A stretch of DNA of 64,000 nt, taken from positions 558,001-622,000 of the forward strand of contig OZ374566.1 in the NCBI GenBank assembly GCA_977862235.1, given 5' to 3'. The notes beneath the pieces were generated by a model, which was given only the letters and a program-made list of their open reading frames with translations, was not told the origin of the DNA and ran no database searches. The position numbers and the translations under genes were made by a program. This stretch comes from Dudresnaya verticillata. Its lineage: Eukaryota. Of the stretch, positions 30,381 through 41,989 are shown piece after piece (within the stretch, counting starts at the first letter, position 1; each line of letters starts with the position of its first letter).

Positions 30381-31507
30381 GTTGATGTTGAGACACTGCT
30401 CTGCTCCGACAAGTTATCTCCCGACGAAGAGGATTCAAGAAGCGACCTACTCACTTAAGTTGCCGTTATGTGAGAGGAATCGCGGGCAAAAAGGATACGA
30501 GGTAACCAGGAAAAGGCATTGAAGCCATTGACGTGAAGCCATTGACGTGGAAGAAAGTTGAAAGAAAGCCGCCAAAAAGCTTGCGAGTGTCGTGCGGAAT
30601 GCAGTCACGCCTCTGTCAGAGAGACCAACGAAAATGCGCCGTGGCGCGTCAGTTGTTGAGTTCCACGTCCCCCGCAACGGGTGGTGTCTCAAAAACCGCC
30701 TCCAAGTCGAAACCTTGAAGTCGAACGGTTCACATGCAAAGTTTGCAGAACGGTTCGCTCCAGATATTATTAAAAAATCTCGATTCCATATCGAATCCAC
30801 AAAAGCCGGCTTCCAAATAAACGCTTCAGTTGGGTTGTTTCCCCTTCAGGCTCATCTCCTTGACTCTGCTGGTCTCGCGTTTTGCAGTCTCGCATTGACC
30901 CCAACTCCAGAATTGTCGTCTTTCAATTACTTGTATTGTTGCTGACAGAAACCCTTCGGAATGTTATACCCGAAACCTCCGAGGTGCCAGAGTTTGCCTT
31001 TGCCGTGGTGAAATTTGGCCAAACCGTCCTGAAGTCCGCCTTAGGCTTGCTTTGTCCTTACGAACATCGCTGTCCAAGCGGTCTCTCGCTTGCATCCCAA
31101 CAGTTTTGCGATCTTGCTCTGCAGGTGTCCCCATAGTTTCCTAACGCCTGCCCTGGAGGGGTTGGACGGCTGCTTGTTGCCTGTTCGAGCAGTATTTCAC
31201 GCTGTGGTCCTCTATGAGGACGAGCATCTTATTCCTGGCATAATGTTTACATGTGCTGATCGTGATGTTTCCTAAATCCTTCTTGCCGGACAGTCAGTCG
31301 CGGGCTGGAGCTGAACCTGGCTGAATTAGTGGAATATGTTGGGGAAGCAACTGGACAGAAAGGGTGTTCACAAGAACCAGTAACCTGGAGAACAAACCTC
31401 ATTCCCTCGCACATTGTACGAAATATCATCCCTGTGAACATAGAAGCTGGGTACAAGCAGTTAAACTAACTTCTATTTTCTAGTGTGAAAGAACTTTGGT
31501 GTCCTGT

Positions 31508-33421
31508 TTACTCCTCTACCTCACCCTCAGCCAACCTAGTCGGGCGCTCCGGTTCTGCGTACAACACATCGTCCCACGGATGCCGATACAGTGGCTGTTT
31601 CATACGCTTCTGATCGAGCGCATGTCCGATAAATCCGATACTGCGGCTAAGCGTAAACAATCCATTGAGCCCACCTAGCTCTAGAACTTCCGTCACTTCG
31701 TTATCAGAGTACTTTCCAACTCCGACGAGCATGTCCGCAAACAACGACCCAATGGCGCCATCAATGTTGAGCACTAAGTTGTTCGCCTTCTGTAATGTGT
31801 ATTCCTCTACCCGTTTCGCGTACAGAAAGGTGTCCATCTTGGGGAAGTGCTCCTTCGCATAGTTAGCCAGAAGCTCAACGCGCTTATCGCGATTCTCCGC
31901 CGTCTTGATACGATGGCCAATTCCTTCCACTCGCTGCCCCTTCTTTTTCAGCGACTCCACAAACTCATCCGGCGGTGTGTTCGAGTCATTCGCACGCTTG
32001 AAATTAATTGCAGCTGCATCGACTGCCCCGCCAAACCGTGGCCCAATCGTCAGCAGACCACTGCACAAGGAACTGATCAAATCCTTGCCTGCACGTGCTG
32101 CAACAATGGCGTTATGTGCGCCCGACACGCATGGGCCATGGTCCGCAGCAGTTATCAGTACCAACTCAATAAACTTAGTTGCCCATTTTGGGAACAAAGT
32201 TTTGAACCACAGTAACGAAATTACATCGCCGATAGTGTGGTCCTTCATAATCTCTGACATCGGGATGCCAACATAGGTTGGCTCCTCTCCAGTGTCGTTG
32301 CTGATAGTGCAAACAACGTTCGTAGTCTTTCGCACTTCGCCAGCCTTAATCGCAGAGGCAAGATCTTGTGGCAAGTTGGGCGGCTCGATATCTTTAGAAG
32401 GTGTTAGCTGCCCAGCCTCCACCATTCCTTTGTAGACTTTCTCAATTGCAGAAGCAAACCCATCAAAATTCTCTGGAACGTGTGCGCCCGCTTCCCGAAG
32501 AGCTTTGTTCTTCGACTCAGCACTCTCATCCTCGCCTCCTGACTTCGCCCCAGCATGGCCAAACTGAACTTCCGACGCATTGAACCACTTTGCACATCCA
32601 CCACTGACCCATGCGACAAGCGGTTTTTTGATGCGGCCATCCTTCAAAGCCTCGACAACACCGTACTCATCGGTTCCGCCGAGCTCCCCCAGTAGGACGA
32701 CAAGCTTTACCTCGTCCATGGACTGGTAGCGGAGGACATGGTCCGACAAGCTCGAACCCGCAAATGTATCACCACCGACTGCAATCCCCTCATAGAGACC
32801 ATCTGTCACACGGGCGAGAACGTTGTACATTTCATTGCTAAGCCCTCCAGACTTCGAAATGAAACCGACACTCCCTGGACGGTGCAACTTGCAATTGAGG
32901 ATGTTCTCGACGGTACCAGCGGTATCACCAATTCTGAAAGAACCTGCCTGCACACCACCAACGGTGGCCGGACCAATGATCACCTTCGCGTTGCGATTGG
33001 CATACGCAATAAGCTTCTTGCAGTCCCTCTCCGGGAGTCCCTCGGCAATGATGGCAATAGTGCGGATGTTTGGCTGCTTGAGCGCATCGTAAGAGCTCTG
33101 GTACGCAGATCGGTAACTTGCGAAGTTGATGAAGACATCAGACTGGGGGTGGGCAGCCGCAGCAGCCCCTGTGGAACCGTAAACTGGAATTGCGACCTCC
33201 TTCTTTCCAAAAAACGCCTTTTGAAAGCCGCCAGGGGCCGTGCCTGGTGACACAATAGCGGCTATGCTCGGCTCCCTGCGGGCACAAATGAAATCGAAAT
33301 CCAGCATGCGCTGGATTGGGTTGCGTTTGTAGTTATAGAAGATCGCCGTGGTTTCGCGTGAGAACAACGCGCCAGCGCCCGCCGCAGCGGAGTTTGCGCT
33401 TACCGTAGCGGCTACCATCAT
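31508..33421 (-). CDS. ACLB: ATP-citrate lyase subunit B (SCS-alpha plus citrate-synthase-like chain)
   Basis: QRMLDFD, INFASYRSA, IIGPATVGG, SKSGGLSNE, catalytic FGHAGA, ADHGPCVSGAHN, GIGHRIK, LYRHPWDDV. Confidence 0.97.
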   Translation of the reverse strand: MMVAATVSANSAAAGAGALFSRETTAIFYNYKRNPIQRMLDFDFICARREPSIAAIVSPGTAPGGFQKAFFGKKEVAIPVYGSTGAAAAAHPQSDVFINFASYRSAYQSSYDALKQPNIRTIAIIAEGLPERDCKKLIAYANRNAKVIIGPATVGGVQAGSFRIGDTAGTVENILNCKLHRPGSVGFISKSGGLSNEMYNVLARVTDGLYEGIAVGGDTFAGSSLSDHVLRYQSMDEVKLVVLLGELGGTDEYGVVEALKDGRIKKPLVAWVSGGCAKWFNASEVQFGHAGAKSGGEDESAESKNKALREAGAHVPENFDGFASAIEKVYKGMVEAGQLTPSKDIEPPNLPQDLASAIKAGEVRKTTNVVCTISNDTGEEPTYVGIPMSEIMKDHTIGDVISLLWFKTLFPKWATKFIELVLITAADHGPCVSGAHNAIVAARAGKDLISSLCSGLLTIGPRFGGAVDAAAINFKRANDSNTPPDEFVESLKKKGQRVEGIGHRIKTAENRDKRVELLANYAKEHFPKMDTFLYAKRVEEYTLQKANNLVLNIDGAIGSLFADMLVGVGKYSDNEVTEVLELGGLNGLFTLSRSIGFIGHALDQKRMKQPLYRHPWDDVLYAEPERPTRLAEGEVEE

Positions 33422-34009
33422 TCGGGTTGAAGGTTAATGCCAATGGAGCTGATCTGCTGCGCGAGGGGTTCTCAGAGACCTGGATCGGATTGAACGAAAG
33501 GAGAAAGTGACGGATCAGCAAAGACTTGATGTGGGTGGGTGATCGCCGTAATCAGCAGTTCAGCTTAATTTTTTGGGGGTGGCCTTTCCCTCGAAGTGTA
33601 AGCATTTCTTTGGTACAGTAAGTACCAAATACTCGCTTCATTTAAGGCAACTACATTTAAGGACCCGAGCTCAGACGACGGCCGTTTCTGCGCAGTGCAT
33701 GGCACAATAATAACATTGCCAACGGTCCGAAAGGTTCTTGGCATCGATTGCAACAGGACAAGCATAACGCTCCAATCCTTCCTCTCGGGCAATCCGGCGA
33801 AACCGGAGCAAATCTTTGAAAAGTCTGGAGACAACAATCTCTTCAGCTATCAGCGGGATTGCACCTGCGTCGGCCACCGTACAAGCTTCTGCTGCCAAGT
33901 AGGCATTATTTCTTTTTGGGGCATTGTAGGGAGGGCTGGGTTGTGCCCTACTGAAGATCGCTTACAAGCAAGAAACCTGCTTTGGCAAGCAAAGTCTGAC
34001 ACCTTTAGA

Positions 34010-34894
34010 ATGACTGCTAAGAGCACATATAGAGCGCACCCGGCCTCTTCGGCGTTCCAGCCTCCGGTCGCACTCCATCGCAAAGGGGGATTCAACACCT
34101 TTGCGTCGTCGTTGAGTGCTCCGAAGGTCCACTCCTTTACTGCACGGGCTCACCGTCGCGCATCTCGGCCACTCATCGGCCGAGACTGGGTGAAGAAGCT
34201 ACCACGCTGTTCCGTGCAGACATGGGAGACACTGACAGCACTCGAGTTCGACTCCCGTATGACAGAGAAATCACTCGCGATCTGCTTTGTGGGTATGTCT
34301 AACTGCGGCAAGTCACACTGGTCACGTGCACTTCACACAAACCGTAGGTTTCACCTGCTGTCGGTAGACGAGGAGATCGAGCGCACAATCGAGCCCGAGC
34401 TAACTGCCTTGGGATATTCGGGCATCGACGGAATGGCGGAGTGGATGGGCTTTCCATCCGACGAACGGTTCGGCACGAACCAGGCAAGATATCTTGCCCA
34501 TGAGGAGAACATCACAGCGGCTGCTCGCCCGCCCAGAGACAATAACGGTGTTTTGGACACGACAGGTAGCGTGATATACCTTAGTGAGCAGACGTTGGAC
34601 AGGATACGACGGGAATATCTCGTGGTGCACTTGGAGGCTAGTGATGACATGCTAGAATTCATGACTAGCAACTATTTCAAGACTCCGAAACCTGTCGTTT
34701 GGGGGGATGCATATAAACCGTTGGAGGGCGAGGAAGCTATGGCCGCGCTTAGAAGATGCTACCCGAACTTGTTGCGAGAACGTCGCAAACGTTATGCAGC
34801 ACTGGCTCATGTTTCTGTCCCTGCGTCCATCTCTCTCTCGAAAGATATTGACCTCCACGGTTTTCTCGATGAGGTGAGAAGTAGACTGCGGTAA
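34010..34894 (+). CDS. Shikimate-kinase-like P-loop kinase with a putative plastid transit peptide
   Basis: Walker A GMSNCGKS, SVDEEIE, LDTTGSVIY, VVHLEAS, LLRERRKRYAALA; first ATG at 34010. Confidence 0.8.
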   Translation: MTAKSTYRAHPASSAFQPPVALHRKGGFNTFASSLSAPKVHSFTARAHRRASRPLIGRDWVKKLPRCSVQTWETLTALEFDSRMTEKSLAICFVGMSNCGKSHWSRALHTNRRFHLLSVDEEIERTIEPELTALGYSGIDGMAEWMGFPSDERFGTNQARYLAHEENITAAARPPRDNNGVLDTTGSVIYLSEQTLDRIRREYLVVHLEASDDMLEFMTSNYFKTPKPVVWGDAYKPLEGEEAMAALRRCYPNLLRERRKRYAALAHVSVPASISLSKDIDLHGFLDEVRSRLR

Positions 34895-35136
34895 CGTATC
34901 TACGTTGTAGTTAAAGAGCAGTTGTCGGCAAAACACCTTGGAGAATACAACGAGTTGACGCAAAAAGTAAGGAGGGAATCTCCTTTCGTGCTGAGCAGTC
35001 CCTGCATTGAAGTAATACTGCGAGGAAGACTGTAACGCTTCCACCAGAACAGGACCATAGCCTGTCATCTAAAGGGCATGTGTCGTCAGAGGCGTCAGCC
35101 GCAGGGCAAACAAAAGAGTGGGACCGGCAAAACTTC

Positions 35137-35209
35137 CTTCCCATGCGGGGATTGAACCCGCGATCTTCCCGGTGAAAGCGGGACATCCTAACCACTAGAC
35201 CAATGGGAA
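35137..35209 (-). tRNA. trnE: tRNA-Glu(UUC)
   Basis: Minus-strand cloverleaf: acceptor stem TTCCCAT/ATGGGAA, D-arm with TAGTGG, anticodon arm TCCCG-CTTTCAC-CGGGA, T-arm GCGGG-TTCAATC-CCCGC. Confidence 0.97.
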
Positions 35210-35986
35210 CTGCTGTGAAATAGCTCTCTGATCCTCCTCAATTTAATCTAGGATGCAACCCGAAATTCTGTCTTTTCTTATTTTTTTCAGATCTATCCAG
35301 ACTTTTTCGCCTGGGGTCTGGATTGCCCTGGTGGCTTCCCGACTCCGACACATAATTGCATTGTCAGAACCCGGCCAGCTCTTCTTCTTAAACGTTGCAG
35401 ACGCGCTGAACGCCCGCGACCATGGAGAGCTTCTTCAAGAGTAAATTCCGACGCAGGGCACCGGATGCCAGCCAACCCGTGGGTCACGAGAGTAATTACC
35501 CGTCTTGAGCAACGGTATGCCATTTCGTCTAGAGCCGACTAACCATAGTGTTCCGAATGCAGTCGTACACTATCGGCCCCGCAGTCCACAGCAAGAGTCG
35601 AAGCTCGAGCGAATATGCGAAGATTGGTGCCCTTTAAACCCGGAAAAAAGTCCTCACAACGTGATCTTTCTCTCCAGAAGCCGAAACGAAGGTCGACAGG
35701 CAAAGTCACAAAACATTGCTGCCCAAACTATACCCACTAGGCTCGCCCTGCTCTTGGTCCTCTTGACTCCACTAAACTCTTTGATTTCCCACGGATTTGG
35801 AACCAACCTCAGAGTCCCAACGAGCGAGAATACCATCTTCAGAAGAATTACAAACGCGGCATTGGTCGTAGCAGTGGGCACAGAGAATTGCGCTGTTTGA
35901 GTTTTTACTCCACTTTGTCTTTTCCAGATCCGCACGATGGCGTAGGGAAGCATATTGCTACGCCTCCCGAGCAGAAACTGTGGTAT

Positions 35987-37714
35987 CTATGGAGAATCTT
36001 GCCTAGCAACAATCATCTTGGACACAAGAGCAGAAACACCGTGCGATTCTAAGCGGGTCGCTCGTGATTCCAGCAACCTAAGGGCTACTTCCAGCCTGCG
36101 AGCAACCATCGAAGACTTGACTGCAGGAACGGTCTCGTTCGGAAGAATGCACTCCAACCGCTGTAAATTGCGGTTGCAACGCGCAGCTGCGAGTAAAACA
36201 TGGGCAATGTGCATAGCTGTTGCATTCTCATCAGAGTTTCCGCAAGAGGGTGGCGAGAATGAAAATGACTTTAGCCGTTGCCCACAGTGTTCAAGGACTG
36301 CCGTCAGCTGATCCACAGACAAGTCCAATGTGACTAGGCATACCCTCTCCAATTTCGACAGGGCCTGTACAAATCGCAAAATCGGGCCGCTCATCTTCCG
36401 CTTCTGTTCATGCTTCTTGGGATAAATCTCCAACGCAACAAGAGAGTTTCCCAACTTCTTGCCGAGCTCAACAAGTGCCTCCTCGGCTCCTGGAGCAGTG
36501 AAAATACGCAGGTGGGTCAGGTTCGGACAGTTCTTCGCTAACGTATGCAGCTGGTCCAACTTGAACGTTACCCACCGAGGGTAGTAACGTGTTAGTGCGT
36601 CTCCTGTACATGATAGTGCTTCGTTGCATCCCTTCAATGGCATGTGGCCGAATGGCCTTTCGCTTGGATCGACGTCGCAGTCAATAAGACGCAAGTCCAC
36701 CAAATACTTGCACGACGACCGGATCTCTGAGATCAGCTTTTGCATCACTGGTATTCCCGAGCCCGAAAAGCAAATCCGTTGAAGAGTTGGCATCGTAGCA
36801 GCAGCACACAAGTCATCTAATGAGGCACTCAAACTGAGTGAAAAGTTTTGCAACTCATCATCGTAGTCGATGTGCAAGCCCTCCAGATTCGGCAACAGAT
36901 TGATGAATTGTCGCCGATGCTTCCGAAACACGGTAGGAATTATGTCACATCCATCCAACCAAAGCTCCTTCAACGGCGATCCGTTGCATTTTCGGGCTTC
37001 AGTAGACCGCAATAGCCCAAGTAAGTGCTCTTCAGAGTGAGAGTCAATGTTAACAATAACGAGCCGTCGTAGATTTGTCAATTGTGCGCTTTCCACGGCA
37101 TGTGCTATGCGAAAATGCCCAAGGTCAATCCTCAAGCTCCTTAATGTCCCCCTTACTGATATTAGGAGAGCTTCCAAAGCCCCTAGCCCAGTACGCCGAA
37201 AGGACTGCAACCCAGACACATCAAGATCCTTAAGAACAGATCCTGCTTCTCGCACAGCGCAAAGAGTGGAACAAGGCTCCAATTGCACAACCGGTCGCCT
37301 CGGCCACATCGCCCAAAGATGCCGAACATCTCCTGCAGAACGGTACGAACGATTATGCAACGCCAACTCCCTCACATGCTCACCAGCGACCGCAAGCCAT
37401 GACCAAAACCAATCTGAATGGCCGTATACGCTAAAGGCAAGCCTGGCACCGATCGTCTGCGCGATGACACGGCGTACAAAAGGACTCACGGCCGCAAACG
37501 ATAGGAGCGGGCAGGCGTTCGGAGTAGAAGCTGGGGTAGTCGACAGGCGCTGTACGATGAGCACGAGGGCATCCTCGGGTAACCGGTCAAAGAACGAGTG
37601 AGCCTTAGCTTGTGGCATGCCAAGGCGGCGCAAAGCCTGCGGCAAGGAGGACAGCCGCACACGGCCGGGGGGCGGTGGCGACTCGCAAATCGACGACGGG
37701 CGCGGCCGCTTCAT
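35987..37714 (-). CDS. F-box-like/RNI-type leucine-rich-repeat protein
   Basis: FFDRLPEDALVLIVQRL (F-box-like), followed by LRR-like units LKDLDVSG, LRSLRID, LKELWLDGC, LPNLEGLHI and CPNLTHLRI; first ATG at 37714. Confidence 0.85.
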   Translation of the reverse strand: MKRPRPSSICESPPPPGRVRLSSLPQALRRLGMPQAKAHSFFDRLPEDALVLIVQRLSTTPASTPNACPLLSFAAVSPFVRRVIAQTIGARLAFSVYGHSDWFWSWLAVAGEHVRELALHNRSYRSAGDVRHLWAMWPRRPVVQLEPCSTLCAVREAGSVLKDLDVSGLQSFRRTGLGALEALLISVRGTLRSLRIDLGHFRIAHAVESAQLTNLRRLVIVNIDSHSEEHLLGLLRSTEARKCNGSPLKELWLDGCDIIPTVFRKHRRQFINLLPNLEGLHIDYDDELQNFSLSLSASLDDLCAAATMPTLQRICFSGSGIPVMQKLISEIRSSCKYLVDLRLIDCDVDPSERPFGHMPLKGCNEALSCTGDALTRYYPRWVTFKLDQLHTLAKNCPNLTHLRIFTAPGAEEALVELGKKLGNSLVALEIYPKKHEQKRKMSGPILRFVQALSKLERVCLVTLDLSVDQLTAVLEHCGQRLKSFSFSPPSCGNSDENATAMHIAHVLLAAARCNRNLQRLECILPNETVPAVKSSMVARRLEVALRLLESRATRLESHGVSALVSKMIVARQDSP

Positions 37715-40129
37715 TGCAGACGATTGCTCTGCGTCGGGGTTCTGAGGAAGCACGGAGGCGGAGCGGGTTCCGCACAAACCAAGCAACTACGAGGCGTCAG
37801 GTGCCTCGCACTGTCGCTTTAATGGAGACGCCACCACAGTGCGGCTGGCTGCATGGCGGGTCCGTTAGAGAGGAGAGGAAGCCCTGGAAGGGTTCGGTTC
37901 CCCAGCGCAACCTCGTTTGAAGAGAGAGGGGTTCGATAAGCCAATCGCGAGGCGCATGGTCTGGCGTGACAGTTCCGAAATGGTCCATTCCGAACCATTT
38001 TTGAGCACTGTACCAAAGCATTCCCATGTTGATGGCCGCTACATGTATGTACAGTAGTGATTTGACAGTGCGCACATTTGGCTGAGCCCGTTACCCAGTG
38101 CGTTCAGCCCCGACTACCTACTACTCGTCACTGATAGTCATCTGCTTCGGATTACCTGCAAAACAGAAACCTATTTTCGTTTGTCCACATACAAGTACTG
38201 CTATGCTCGTTGATCTGCCTCCCTACTGCAGCTAGCAATTGCTACCGGAGGGCGTCCATGTCTCTAGCCACCGCTATGTGGGACCCTGTCTTTCACAATA
38301 CTGTACAGCTCTTGCACATACTGAACATTGGCAAGGCATTTCATTGAGTTCACACGAAGATTATCCCGCAAGAGCGGGGACTGAGGCTATATGATCACTT
38401 TTTGTGCTTTTGAAGAGCCTGCTTAGTCATGCGCGTGAACTTCCGAATACATTCTTCCATTTTTGTGTTCAAAGAATCCAATCCTATGAGCTGTTGCCCT
38501 CTTCATACTTGTACTGCTTAGCCGAGGAAGAGTAGGCTTGGAATAGTATCTTCGCAGAATCAGAATATCTTATTTTGTTCTTGGCACTAACAAATCAGCG
38601 AGAGCCCAGAACTTCTCTACCGTCCTGGTTTACACAGCAGTTTCATTGTGAAGAATTCCCTACTGTTGTCAACCTCTGCAGTTTGTTTACCAATACTCGA
38701 GAGCGATACACGTTTTGTTTTCCAATTTTCTTTGCATTGGACCGCTACAGTACATTGAGGACTTTCCTTTATGACACACTTGACTACCATTTCCGAACGG
38801 AAACTTCGAACGTTGGATTGCCGAGGAAGGAAGCGAACTTTGTATTCGCCTTCATTTCATTGTGACCATTCCAAGCAACAAACTCCATTCAAGTATTGCA
38901 CACTTCAAAATTCTGCTTGAGTCAGATATACTTTAAGAGGACTTACATCAAGCACAGAGCGCTTCTCTTGTTAAGGCACGAAATCCTAAGACAAGCTTGC
39001 ACTCTGGCCGGCAAGCTAGTAACTGCCCCATAAAATGCCTTCGAAGGACGATAGAAACTGAGCGGCTTCACGTGACGGGCGCACTTCCCCGACAGTTCCA
39101 AGCGGCTCCGTCGCCCATGATGTCACGCGGGTGGGGTGCTAAATTTATTGGATCTTGGTGTTACGCATCATGGGTGAAGCACACTCTAATTCAGGCATAC
39201 GACAAAACATCCAATCCTTTACTAACAAGTGGAAAAAGGAGCAAGATTGAAAAACACCTGACAATTATTGGCTGGCTGGGCGCCAAGCGTGATCAATTGG
39301 TGTAACGCAAGATGATTTTTGACGCGAAGAGTTTGCAAAGCACTGGCAAAGGGCATCAGCTCCACACATACAAACACAGCGCAGAGCATTCCCAAACCCA
39401 AGCCTCAGGGAACCCTTTCGAGGAAGGCACTCAACTGGAGAAGGTTATGCAACGGATCGTGAAGCCCTAGCAGGGATCCTACATGAGCATCTGCCCCGCA
39501 AGCAAACTGCCTGCCACTGGATTGCGGAGCACTCTAGCGCGACTCAGCCGCACTGCTGCGTAGCCCTCTGGCCTTGTGCTACTTGCGTAATTTCTCTGCG
39601 CGGAACCTGAACGCAGCGCGACGATTTCTGTTTCTGCTCAAAGATAACATCGCAGCTGATATGTTACGCTATAGAAAGACCGAATGTGCACGAAATGGAC
39701 AACAGAACTCTTGAGATTGTTCCAGCGGCTGTGAGCTGATTGAGGTTGAGGGCCATTCCTGACCCTCTTATCTGTTTTTCCTTTCCACATGTCTATGAAT
39801 CAGCACCTCACTTCTTGACTAAGCAGACGTTTCCCATTTTGCGGGACGAAGTAGATTGCTCCTTTGCCTCGACTTGCAAGTAAGATTGGCTGGAGAATGA
39901 ACAGGAAGGCCAACAATGGATCGTGAAAACGTCGGAATACCATATCTGATAGATATCAATGTACAGGCGTACTGTTTCGGTCCGACAGTCAGTATGGATG
40001 TGCGCGAAAGAGTTGCAAACAGGGCGCTAGATGGAGCCGTTTCACTCATTGCAGGAAGCATGCATGCAAAAATCGGACATCGAGTATGCAAGGCTTGGAA
40101 GTTGTTCACTTCTAATCCCTGGCAATTCT

Positions 40130-41275
40130 CTATCTTCCCGAGAGAACTTTTCTTTGCGCAACATGCCACATCACACTTCCCTCTACCGCCAGTGCGCGTC
40201 TGGAACTGGAGCACATGGCCATTTCTCCGAGAACCCGGTTTTCGTCCGCTGGCGATGCTGACAAAACTTCCCTACGGACCAGCTGAGCACACCGCAAGGC
40301 ACGCAGGCGCGAGATCTGCACGTCACCTACACCCAAGTCATACACCACGACACAAGTCCTACCCCCAGCACGCAGCACATCCACTCCTGCAGAGGGTGCG
40401 CTGATGAGGCCGACAGATTCTTCTCGCATATGCCAGTTCCCATCCCCACCCGTCACGTACAATCGTGGGCCATGTCTTCTGTCCTCCGAAAACATAGTAT
40501 TAGAAAACTGGTCCCTACCCTCGAACTCGTGTCCAACAGCAACCTTGACAAGCACGGAAACGGAATCGCCATACACGCGCGCAAGCAAGGCGGCTACTGC
40601 GCGCACTGCGAGCCGCGCAGTGGCATCTGCTTGGTTCAGATCGCACGCAAGCACGATAGAAAATCGGTGGAGGGCGGCCAAGTCCGCCACAGCAGCCAGA
40701 ACGCGAAGCGCAGCATCCAAAGCAAGGGTGTCGGCCTTATGGAGGCATTCTCTCGCGACCGGCTGCGGCGATTGCAGCGTACCACGCGTTTTGAGATAGT
40801 TGCGCCATGCCTCCGCATGAAGCAGCAGCTCAGAGCTGTACCGCGATAGGGTTTCCGCACTGACGAGCTCAGAGACATCGAGCTCGACTGCGTGCACGGG
40901 AAGCGAGGCCTGTGACAGTCCTGCCTGAAGCACGGTAATTGGGTGCGTATCGGCGGAAAGTGCAAGCCGTATCAACAGAGCGTCGGGCGGGGCCGGGTTG
41001 AGCAGGGTAGACTTGCGGCGGAGAAGTGCAGCTATTGTACGGTCGAGGAAGGATGGGATACGGAAGCCAAGCGTGTAGAGGGAAAAGCGCACGGTGGAGC
41101 AAAGGCGAAGGGCCTCTGTTGTTGTGGCGGCAGAAATGGTGCTTGTTGGAGTTAATGCGCGGGTTGTCGGGGTTGTCAGGAGTGAAGGTGGTGGCCGGTG
41201 ACGGTGGATGGCGGCGACTGTTGTGAGCGCTGTGCAAGCCGCTGCTGCCGAAAGCAGACGGAGGCGCGGGCGCAT
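40130..41275 (-). CDS. Hypothetical protein with a possible N-terminal targeting peptide
   Basis: 381-aa ATG-initiated ORF with natural composition; Arg/Ala/Thr-rich N-terminus; no family recognised. Confidence 0.7.
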   Translation of the reverse strand: MRPRLRLLSAAAACTALTTVAAIHRHRPPPSLLTTPTTRALTPTSTISAATTTEALRLCSTVRFSLYTLGFRIPSFLDRTIAALLRRKSTLLNPAPPDALLIRLALSADTHPITVLQAGLSQASLPVHAVELDVSELVSAETLSRYSSELLLHAEAWRNYLKTRGTLQSPQPVARECLHKADTLALDAALRVLAAVADLAALHRFSIVLACDLNQADATARLAVRAVAALLARVYGDSVSVLVKVAVGHEFEGRDQFSNTMFSEDRRHGPRLYVTGGDGNWHMREESVGLISAPSAGVDVLRAGGRTCVVVYDLGVGDVQISRLRALRCAQLVRREVLSASPADENRVLGEMAMCSSSRRALAVEGSVMWHVAQRKVLSGR

Positions 41276-41989
41276 CGACGTTACGGCGCTTTGTGAGGTC
41301 TCCGATGCATTTGGAGCCCGGGCATCGGAGTAGCTCGCGAGAGTTGAGGCTGACTGGAGTTCGATCCAGCCGGGACAGAGGTTCTCTGGGGAGATTGATC
41401 TCTACTTGACGGTACCAACAACGCCAGGGTCCGTACAGTACAGCACGGTTCATCAAGCGAAACGATTCGCGTTTCTCCCGACCCTTCGTTCCACGTGCGA
41501 ACATTGGTGTGTTGATGTGGCAAAATGAATGGATCCGAGATCCTATCTTTCGCCCCGCCAACCAATGACAGTGATTTGCGTGGCATTCCACGTTCCTTAA
41601 GTGTCGCAACGGCGTTGAGGCTACTTACCAGAATAAAACGGAAGCGTTTCAAATTGTTGGCCGTATGGCACTGCCCCATCACCGGCTTCCCAATCTTGTT
41701 GAACAGCCGTACCAAAGTCGGACAACACTGTTCCCCGTCTCCTTAGAAACAGACGACCTCGAATTTAAGGGCAACCTTCCGTGACCACCCACTTCGCACG
41801 CGTTCGCTCGAGATACCAATATCCACTTCGTTCCGCTGTCCGGTCAGACTGACGGTGACAGGTCCTCATCCCGGTCAAGCTTCGCACCCTCCCTGGAGCT
41901 CTTCAGTACTCCGCACCTTCGACACTCGCCCCAACGTCAAGTAGCAGCACATCAGGACCCCGCCCACTAGGCGGCTGATATGACCATCG

